Source of the DNA: an uncultured virus (IMG/VR IMGVR_UViG_3300005253_001911)
Lineage: Duplodnaviria > Heunggongvirae > Uroviricota > Caudoviricetes
DNA length: 64,000 nucleotides
Direction: 5' to 3' (one strand)
IMG/VR virus record: IMGVR_UViG_3300005253_001911
In this document: positions 57,112 to 64,000 of the stretch, one piece after another
Layout: each line of letters starts with the position of its first letter
Position numbering within the stretch: the first letter of the stretch is position 1
Notes under the pieces: model-generated
Databases searched by the model: none
Seen by the model: the letters and a program-made list of their open reading frames with translations, nothing else
What the model was told of the DNA's origin: nothing
Position numbers and translations under genes: made by a program

Positions 57112-58347
57112 TTATACCCATATAGGTGATATTCCAGCCCCTTGACTGGTCAGAACCGTACCACTCGCTCCAAGAGCCACTTCAATCCATTGTCCACTTC
57201 CATTGGAATGAATTACTTTCCAGTTACCACCGGAATGGTCAGCGGTTGATGTTATAGCATGTGATTGTGTATGTAACTGAGTAACTAAATCACCAGATAT
57301 AGTAGTCATTTCAGTATCATTAATGTATTGTTCATGATCATCGTCTGATAATCCGGAGATACTGCCATGATCTATTACAGTTGAGTCAAAGCCTAATGTC
57401 TGACCGCCACCTCGTAATGGAGTGCTTCCAGATACGCCCGTAACATATTGGGTATGGTCGTTATCACTCAATCCTGCAATAGCACCATGATCAATAGACG
57501 CTTCGGTGAAATGCTCAGTAGAAGTGAAGTTAGTAATAGTATCATGATCAATAGTCCCACTTACTGATGCAAAGGTGAAGTGCTCATTAGCTGCAAAGTC
57601 AGCAAAACCATCATGTGTTAGAGCGTCAATATTAGTTTGTAAATCTCCTGATATAGTTGTCATCTCTGCCTCAGTGTGATATCTGTTATCCAACTGGCCG
57701 GCATCTAATTCAGTTTCAGTATAGTATCTACCATCATGAGATGAACCAGCTTCGTGAGTGGTTATATCACTATCTATTTCCGCCGATAAATCCCCGGAAA
57801 TAGTTGTGTCAGCCACAATGTAAGCAGCAGTAACAACTGCGTCAGCGGCGGTCATTTCTGCATTATTCACATATTGTGGATGATCGTCATCCGTTAACCC
57901 ATCCAAGGTTCCATGATCGATTCCACCTTGATCAGCTACTCCACTCGCAGTAGTACTATAATAATTTAATTTGTAATTACTGCTGTCTATTGCACTTGCA
58001 AAAGTAGCAGTGAATCCACTGGTAGTTACATCTGTAATTATAGCATCGTAAACTACAGGATTCGCATCTATTGTATTTTGTAGAGTGGCTATAATTTTAT
58101 AGTTCGCATCATTGAAATTGGATCCATAAGATATAGTAACACTCGTTGTTCCACTAACTAATGTTTCACTACCTGCTTTAACAGTTCCAAATAGACGAGT
58201 ATCAATATATTGGTTAGTTGCAAGCAGGCTCTCAACACCATCATCGGCTTTTTTATAAATACCCCCACCAGCTTTTGGATAAATAGCCACTTTATTACTC
58301 GCGGGCGTACTTGCTCCAGTTTGTTCTTCTAAAATTACTTTTCCCAT
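57112..58347 (-). CDS. Fibre-like virion protein with His/Asp repeats
   Basis: Repeated IDHG...GL.D.DH.QY, RYYTETELDAGQLDNRY, and a beta-sandwich shared with 7881..8162. Confidence 0.6.
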   Translation of the reverse strand: MGKVILEEQTGASTPASNKVAIYPKAGGGIYKKADDGVESLLATNQYIDTRLFGTVKAGSETLVSGTTSVTISYGSNFNDANYKIIATLQNTIDANPVVYDAIITDVTTSGFTATFASAIDSSNYKLNYYSTTASGVADQGGIDHGTLDGLTDDDHPQYVNNAEMTAADAVVTAAYIVADTTISGDLSAEIDSDITTHEAGSSHDGRYYTETELDAGQLDNRYHTEAEMTTISGDLQTNIDALTHDGFADFAANEHFTFASVSGTIDHDTITNFTSTEHFTEASIDHGAIAGLSDNDHTQYVTGVSGSTPLRGGGQTLGFDSTVIDHGSISGLSDDDHEQYINDTEMTTISGDLVTQLHTQSHAITSTADHSGGNWKVIHSNGSGQWIEVALGASGTVLTSQGAGISPIWV

Positions 58348-58553
58348 TATTCCTCTCCCCCACTAATACAAAGTAAACCAGTACCATTAATATTAAGCGT
58401 GCCGGCTTCCTCTATAATATATTGCTCACAAATATGTAACTGCTCATAATCATCTATTGTAATATATTTACCAGTTTCTATTCTATACGAAATAGGTACA
58501 TCTACTTTATAATAATCCAATCTTTTGGTAAGTGCATTATATTTATAGCTCAT
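58347..58553 (-). CDS. Small hypothetical virion protein
   Basis: 68 aa; its stop overlaps the start of 57112..58347. Confidence 0.55.
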   Translation of the reverse strand: MSYKYNALTKRLDYYKVDVPISYRIETGKYITIDDYEQLHICEQYIIEEAGTLNINGTGLLCISGGEE

Positions 58554-58606
58554 TGAATAACTCCTGCTTGAAATATAGTCGATGTTTTACTTGTATGAAA
58601 TTTATG

Positions 58607-59221
58607 TCATTTTCCATAGAATTCTTCAGGATATTTAGCCCCTTTCCTTAAATTCTCATTGGCTGGAATTAATTGCATATTATCAGGATGATGTAAACCG
58701 CCTTTTGATATAGGTCGAATATGGTCTACATGCCAATCTCCAGAAAGTTTCTGAGCCCGTCGATAAAGTGTTTCTATTCTGTGTTTTTCTTCCTGATTTA
58801 ATTGTGGGCTTTGCCTAAGTTTCATTGCCCTTCTCTTTGCATTTTTAGCATAAACTTTATCTCTATTATTCAGTCCATATTGTTTATCATATTGTCTTTT
58901 ATATTCAGCATTATCTTTCCAATACCGTTTAAAGTGCTGTTTAAAATACTCAGGATTATTCTTATAGTATTGTTTGTAATACTCAGGATTATCCTTTCTA
59001 TGTTGTTTACTGTATTGTTTTAAATGATCGGTGTTATCTTTATAGTATTGTTTAAAATACTCGGGATTTAGCTCACGCCTAATATAACTTTTAACTCTAC
59101 AGCATTTCTTACACACAGAACAAGCACGCCCACCTTTAAGGTATCGTTTATCTTTCTGCCAACCAAAAGCGCTTTCACCTAAAAATCTATAACAATTTGT
59201 ACAACGTTTAACTTTTTTCAT
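58607..59221 (-). CDS. HNH homing endonuclease
   Basis: CTNC...CKKC, PEY.KQY repeats, WHVDHIRPISKGGLHHPDNMQLI...N. Confidence 0.88.
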   Translation of the reverse strand: MKKVKRCTNCYRFLGESAFGWQKDKRYLKGGRACSVCKKCCRVKSYIRRELNPEYFKQYYKDNTDHLKQYSKQHRKDNPEYYKQYYKNNPEYFKQHFKRYWKDNAEYKRQYDKQYGLNNRDKVYAKNAKRRAMKLRQSPQLNQEEKHRIETLYRRAQKLSGDWHVDHIRPISKGGLHHPDNMQLIPANENLRKGAKYPEEFYGK

Positions 59222-59230
59222 TCTAAAAAT

Positions 59231-59479
59231 TTACACTTCTTCCCATGGGTTGAATGTTTCGGTATAAGTATAACTAGGCCATTGTTGAACATAAGTAGAC
59301 CCTGATATAGTCTGGCCCCATGTTACACCCCGCCATGCCTCCACTACCCTGACTATGTTATCATCAGATCCATAATACACAGTAGTTGTAGGATTATAAC
59401 CTTGCTCTCCAGATCTCGCCGTGCTATACCATTTAGGAGATCCTAAATTTCTATTATATGTTTTCGGTACTAAAGGCAT
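59231..59479 (-). CDS. Hypothetical protein
   Basis: 82 aa with GGAGG-like RBS. Confidence 0.5.
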   Translation of the reverse strand: MPLVPKTYNRNLGSPKWYSTARSGEQGYNPTTTVYYGSDDNIVRVVEAWRGVTWGQTISGSTYVQQWPSYTYTETFNPWEEV

Positions 59480-59484
59480 TTATA

Positions 59485-59949
59485 TTACCTCCTAGTAATC
59501 TCTAGTACTTGTATCCGTTTTCTTAGCATTACACACAACGTATCTTTATTGGACAATTGTCTTGCCTCAGTATAAGCATATGTTAATAGTTTCAGGTCAG
59601 TCATCTTTTTTAGTGCTTCTCGAGCCTCTCTGACTGACATATTAACTATATCACTCACCTCTAATTCTTTCTTCACTATGGGCGGTGATACAAGATCTTC
59701 GGCTTTTTTATCTTGCACAACTTTTACTTTTTTCTTTGATAAGTCGTCTTCGTACACAACCTTCCAAACACTAGAATCTTTCAATTTAATTTGACGAAGC
59801 CATTCTACAAATGGCAGTCCTTCTTTTAGATCATGCTTCTCCCCATATTGCTTGTACAATTCATCAAGTGGTATTTTATGACCAGGACCAATCGATCTTT
59901 TCATCGCGTGTCGCCATAAAGCGCTTCTATTTACAACATATCCATTCAT
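59485..59949 (-). CDS. Hypothetical protein (post-capsid gene)
   Basis: 154 aa with GGAGG RBS. Confidence 0.55.
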   Translation of the reverse strand: MNGYVVNRSALWRHAMKRSIGPGHKIPLDELYKQYGEKHDLKEGLPFVEWLRQIKLKDSSVWKVVYEDDLSKKKVKVVQDKKAEDLVSPPIVKKELEVSDIVNMSVREAREALKKMTDLKLLTYAYTEARQLSNKDTLCVMLRKRIQVLEITRR

Positions 59950-60006
59950 TACCTTATCCTCCTATATTATTATTCCTTGTCCAAATTTATATGATTTGAA
60001 TCTATT

Positions 60007-60687
60007 CTATGCACATATTTTACTTGCTAAAAATCTAGTTGAACACTCATCTCTATGTCCATACTTATTATGACATTCTTTACAACAAGCCATACCATAA
60101 TCAGGATCTAAAACAAAAAAAGGCTCTAATTTCTTGGGCTTAACGTGATGAGATATATTGGCTTTTTCACCACAGTATTCACATAGATACCCAGCCCGCT
60201 TTAATACTTCTTTACGCCAAACATCTAATTCTGATTTAGTATAATAGTCATTGAGCTTTTTATAACCCTTTGGATATTTATATTGACCAAAAACCTCACA
60301 ATTTTCTTTACATTCCTCAGAACAATAGAATCTACATTCGGATGTAATTTTTTCATTTAAAAATTTCATCCTATTCTGCACCGCATCTATCGTTGGTATA
60401 AACCATTTTCTACATTTAGTACATTTAACTTCTACTAATTTAAGATTATCTTTAAAAACACATCTCGTTTCGTCTGCCCATAATTGGCAAGCATAAGTAT
60501 CATAAAGTGGTAATCCAAGCTTGGAAACCCCACCTTTCCAACTATGGCTCTTTGAACCCCTATGTGCTTCTGACAATTTCTTAATATATTCCTTTGATCT
60601 AGATCTTTTCAGGGCCGATAACGACATTTTCCTTTTTGTTTCCTCTGAATGCTTTTTCCCTGTCCAATGATGCACACGATTACTCAT
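60007..60687 (-). CDS. NUMOD3-HNH homing endonuclease
   Basis: GKKHSEETKRKMS (NUMOD3-like); WRKEVLKRAGYLCEYCG...HHVKP...CCKECH. Confidence 0.85.
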   Translation of the reverse strand: MSNRVHHWTGKKHSEETKRKMSLSALKRSRSKEYIKKLSEAHRGSKSHSWKGGVSKLGLPLYDTYACQLWADETRCVFKDNLKLVEVKCTKCRKWFIPTIDAVQNRMKFLNEKITSECRFYCSEECKENCEVFGQYKYPKGYKKLNDYYTKSELDVWRKEVLKRAGYLCEYCGEKANISHHVKPKKLEPFFVLDPDYGMACCKECHNKYGHRDECSTRFLASKICA

Positions 60688-61051
60688 TTATTTTTTTCTC
60701 CCCATCCAAACAAAATGAGTGGTTTCCATCTATACGATCAATAACAAAATGGACTATATTTGATACTCTATGAAGAACAATTGCTATAAATACCCACATA
60801 AAAATAAAAGGAAGCAAATTATTTATATACAAATATAATATACTACTACAGAACAAGCCAACCCACACAGATAAACAATATGGGCAATCAAGAGCTCTAT
60901 GTAGAAATCCAAATAATTTGTGTTCCTTTTTATTAAACAAAAATTCACGCAATGGATTGAACAATTCAGACTTACTTACTATATTAGTTATAGCTTCAAT
61001 TAAAACAACAGTAACAATAACTGCCAAAATCCAATACATAATACTCTCCAT
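60680..61051 (-). CDS. Small membrane protein, DUF1360-like
   Basis: Three hydrophobic segments with F.PLRE...LDCPYCLSVW. Confidence 0.6.
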   Translation of the reverse strand: MESIMYWILAVIVTVVLIEAITNIVSKSELFNPLREFLFNKKEHKLFGFLHRALDCPYCLSVWVGLFCSSILYLYINNLLPFIFMWVFIAIVLHRVSNIVHFVIDRIDGNHSFCLDGEKKINE

Positions 61052-61054
61052 TTG

Positions 61055-61085
61055 AAAAAGGCTAGTCCGCCGTTATGGCGGACTA
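61055..61085 (-). terminator. Intrinsic terminator after the major capsid gene
   Basis: Perfect 9-bp stem TAGTCCGCC/GGCGGACTA (61063-61085) with a 5-nt loop, followed by GCCTTTTT on the minus strand. Confidence 0.8.
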
Positions 61086-61101
61086 TACCGTTTTTACACT
61101 A

Positions 61102-62172
61102 TTATAGTGACCTATCAATGATTCCCATACCAAGCATACGAGGATCAAGACATGCAAATCCAATCTCTTCCCAGCCAAAAAATCCGGCTTTCTGTGATCT
61201 CAATAAAGTTGGATCATCATGCGCCTCATATTCTTTACGAATAGGCATTACCAATGAGTCATTAACACTCAAGTCAAAACCAAGAATCTGAGTCTCGCCA
61301 AGGGTACTTACAGTACCATCAGCTGCGGTAACATTAGGATTATCTAATGTATAAGAGTTGTATACATTAGCACCAGAGGCCAGGAATTTTCCATAACCTG
61401 ATCCACTATCATTAATGTTGTACAGACCGGTAGCACCAAGATGTTGAATCTCGTGCATGGCCACACCCCACAGACTACCCATACCAGCAGCTTGAAAAAT
61501 CTCTCTTCTGGTAATAGGATCAATATCGGTGTCGGTCCATTCACGAATATCAGCAGCATCTTCAGGAGACACATAAAGATCAGTAAGAGTACGTCCGATT
61601 CTCTTGAACCCAACCATCATCTTATTGATGAGTTCTTTTGAAAGATACCCAGCACCCGTAGACGCAGGATTAATCTCATAAATAGGAGCAGGACGTGATC
61701 CTAACAAACCCTTACCACTGAATCTTGAGGTAGCCGCAGGTAGAATTACCCGCCATCCACACTCTTCTTCGTAATCAACTATACCTTTCGCAGCCTTCTC
61801 GAAAGCTCTAGCAGCAATATCAATTCTAGAATCTCTGGCATATGTAAGTTTCCAATCACCAGTTGCATCTATTGTAAATGTAGGAACATATACCTCTTCC
61901 CCAATACCCTCAATAAAATTCTGAGCGACATAACCAAGACCGGGCAGTACCCAAACAGGAATCTCGAAATCTTCTGCAATAGGATATGAAGCTTGTGCCC
62001 CAGGTCCCAATCTTTCTACTGCGAATAATGCTCGCATAATAGAATCTCGCTCAATAGCTTGAAGGATCGGAGTAGTCAAGGCAGCAGCAAAAGCCCTGTT
62101 TGCCATTAAACCCTCGGGGGTATTAATGTCCGCAGTGGCTTTAAACAATTTTTGCATCTCTTTTCTATCCAT
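61102..62172 (-). CDS. Major capsid protein (HK97 fold likely)
   Basis: 356 aa with GGAGG RBS, after the scaffold and decoration genes, followed by a terminator. GEEVYVPTFTI...RIDIAARA..KA...I..YEE; C-terminal GFFGWEEIGFACLD. Confidence 0.85.
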   Translation of the reverse strand: MDRKEMQKLFKATADINTPEGLMANRAFAAALTTPILQAIERDSIMRALFAVERLGPGAQASYPIAEDFEIPVWVLPGLGYVAQNFIEGIGEEVYVPTFTIDATGDWKLTYARDSRIDIAARAFEKAAKGIVDYEEECGWRVILPAATSRFSGKGLLGSRPAPIYEINPASTGAGYLSKELINKMMVGFKRIGRTLTDLYVSPEDAADIREWTDTDIDPITRREIFQAAGMGSLWGVAMHEIQHLGATGLYNINDSGSGYGKFLASGANVYNSYTLDNPNVTAADGTVSTLGETQILGFDLSVNDSLVMPIRKEYEAHDDPTLLRSQKAGFFGWEEIGFACLDPRMLGMGIIDRSL

Positions 62173-62243
62173 AATCTTAACTATCCTCCATCAAGTAGTT
62201 TTGGATGCACTATACGTGCTTTAATCCATACTTACTCAAAAAT

Positions 62244-62846
62244 TTATATCAAAAGCTTTACCCTAATAGGATAAAGTGTGGTGTTGTTATTATTAGCTGT
62301 AACCTGTGCGGCACTTGCGCCCTTAACAACTATGGCAATAACACCGGCATTAGTCTGTCCACTTTCCTGATGCACAGTAGTCTGAGTATTCTGACTAGCA
62401 CCAGAATCACAGAGTTCAGACGCAGCACTCTGACGTACAAACATATTTGTAGCAGCATTCAATGCCCCACTGCCATAATAATGAATGGTGTCCCAGATAC
62501 CTAAATGGGCAATAGCTACAGGAGCAGGCTTTGATCCATTAATAACGCCGTTACCATCATAACTAGGTTGTGCAATAACATCAGAAGAACCCAAATCACC
62601 AGGCATCATAAATCCAGCCGGATGAACCATATGGTATCCAGTTTTAACTTTCTGCATCAAGAAACCAAAAGCTATTTTGTTCTCATTAGCAGCATAGATT
62701 TTAACAGTAGCATCAGCAGCACTAGTATCAAGGTAACAAACCGAACCTGCGTAAGCTAACACATCACCGGCTCCACCAGAAACTGTGGTCTGACCCCAGA
62801 ATTGGCAGAACTGATTTTCTACAACAGGATGTCTAGGAATAAACAT
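62244..62846 (-). CDS. Capsid decoration/cement protein
   Basis: 200 aa, A/G-rich beta protein between the scaffold and MCP genes. Confidence 0.65.
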   Translation of the reverse strand: MFIPRHPVVENQFCQFWGQTTVSGGAGDVLAYAGSVCYLDTSAADATVKIYAANENKIAFGFLMQKVKTGYHMVHPAGFMMPGDLGSSDVIAQPSYDGNGVINGSKPAPVAIAHLGIWDTIHYYGSGALNAATNMFVRQSAASELCDSGASQNTQTTVHQESGQTNAGVIAIVVKGASAAQVTANNNNTTLYPIRVKLLI

Positions 62847-62878
62847 AATTACATTCCCTCCTTATCTAAATTTTGTGA

Positions 62879-63631
62879 TTACTCGCTTTTTTTCCGCTCA
62901 TAGTTTTTAGCCATTGCTTTTCCAAGTTCTTTGTACTTACTTACCATACCATCACTTGGCAAAGTCTCCAAATTAAGAGCAGCAGCGACAGCTCTCATAG
63001 GTTCTATTGGTTTATTTAAACCAGCAGCAATTGCCTCTTCCTCAGCCTTCAACTTAGCAGCGGCAGCAGCGGCAGCGGCATCAGGATCATCATCGTTGTC
63101 AGATGACGCTTCCAGCTCCGCAACAATAGACTTACGAAGTTCCACACGCTCTGCTTTATAAGCCTCAAATACTTCATCTTCCATCTCACGAATCTTAGAA
63201 ATCTGATCTTCGATAGCCTTTTCATCAGCAGCAGATACACCGGCCTTCTTAAGCTCCTCAAATCTTATTTGAGATAACTGGCTTTTCTTCATATTACTTA
63301 TTTCTTCTTCAGCAGTCTCTGCTCTTTTGGTTAATTCTTCTTTACTAGCCTCAAAGGCGTCTTTCTCTTTCTCGAGATCCGATTTTTCAGTCTCTAGCTC
63401 ACTGATTTTATCAGAAAGCCCAGCGACAGTACTCTCAAACTCTTCTACCTTATTTCCCAACTCACTAAGCTCGCTTTCCTTTGCCTCTAAGGATGCGGCC
63501 AGCTCATTGATTTTTTCAGCAGACTTATTAAGAGCTACTTCTGTCTCTTTACGCATAGCATTTTCTTCTTTTTGTTTAAAGATGCCGTCTACAATAGACT
63601 GAACATCTTGAGTCAGCTTTATTTCAGACAT
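62879..63631 (-). CDS. Capsid scaffolding protein
   Basis: Acidic coiled coil upstream of decoration/MCP. Start moved to ATG 63631 (MSEIKL, GGAGG at 63641-63645). Confidence 0.7.
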   Translation of the reverse strand: MSEIKLTQDVQSIVDGIFKQKEENAMRKETEVALNKSAEKINELAASLEAKESELSELGNKVEEFESTVAGLSDKISELETEKSDLEKEKDAFEASKEELTKRAETAEEEISNMKKSQLSQIRFEELKKAGVSAADEKAIEDQISKIREMEDEVFEAYKAERVELRKSIVAELEASSDNDDDPDAAAAAAAAKLKAEEEAIAAGLNKPIEPMRAVAAALNLETLPSDGMVSKYKELGKAMAKNYERKKSE

Positions 63632-63747
63632 AAAACTAAACCTCCTTGATTGATTTTTCAAATACTCAATAATTCTATAACCAACCTATTTTTCAAATTT
63701 TAACTCTAATTCAAAACATGCCCTTTACCTAATTCTTGTTATATTAA

Positions 63748-63999
63748 TTAACTCCAAATCTGATTAGTATGAGTACTAATAAAATCGTACCCAACACCTA
63801 ACATGATCATAACGTCAAAAGATAAGGCTACAGTATTAGTATTAACTACAAGTGTGACCTTATTTGTACCAGTGTCCTTACTAATATAATAGTTCTTAGC
63901 CGCACTAGCTGAATTAGTAGGCGTAATAAGAACTATACCAGCAGCTACATCATGATCATTAAATGAGACACCGCTGGATACTACTACTTCATCAGTACC
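63748..63999 (-). CDS. 3' end of a beta-rich virion protein (runs off the window end)
   Basis: Not in the ORF track. Manual translation ...GTDEVVVSSGVSFNDHDVAAGIVLITPTNSASAAKNYYISKDTGTNKVTLVV...QIWS*. Confidence 0.6.
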   Translation of the reverse strand, partial: GTDEVVVSSGVSFNDHDVAAGIVLITPTNSASAAKNYYISKDTGTNKVTLVVNTNTVALSFDVMIMLGVGYDFISTHTNQIWS

Positions 64000-64000
64000 A

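Noticed and set aside
63040..63105. GCN-rich tract encoding DNDDDPDAAAAAAAAKLK in the scaffold gene
   Set aside because: An ordinary low-complexity linker in a scaffold protein, not a separate element.
1..64000. tRNA, rRNA or structured ncRNA genes
   Set aside because: Intergenic gaps are short (mostly under 160 bp), and I recognised no cloverleaf or known RNA motif by eye. A covariance-model search was not possible.

Overview
This window is the virion morphogenesis region of a large tailed dsDNA phage. The DNA is AT-rich, uses the standard genetic code, has strong GGAGG ribosome-binding sites, and carries essentially all real genes on the minus strand. In transcription order (right to left) it encodes: scaffold, capsid decoration protein, major capsid protein, neck/adaptor and fibre-like proteins, a 7-repeat beta-propeller, a two-domain glycosyltransferase, head-closure and tail-completion proteins, the tail tube, two tail-chaperone-position genes, a 7000-aa tape-measure polyprotein, hub/tail-tip genes, and several paralogous Ig-like or fibre proteins. 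Eight free-standing HNH endonuclease genes are scattered through the operon. The main finding is the 7000-aa protein. Its N-terminal ~3200 residues contain, in order, an intact DEDDh 3'-5' exonuclease, a single-chain two-barrel RNA polymerase (beta- and beta'-like motifs, catalytic DFDGD) and a RecB/Cas4-like PD-(D/E)XK nuclease, all fused to a TP901-type tape-measure domain. This suggests an enzyme set injected together with the genome. All assignments come from reading motifs and gene order by eye; no database searches were run.
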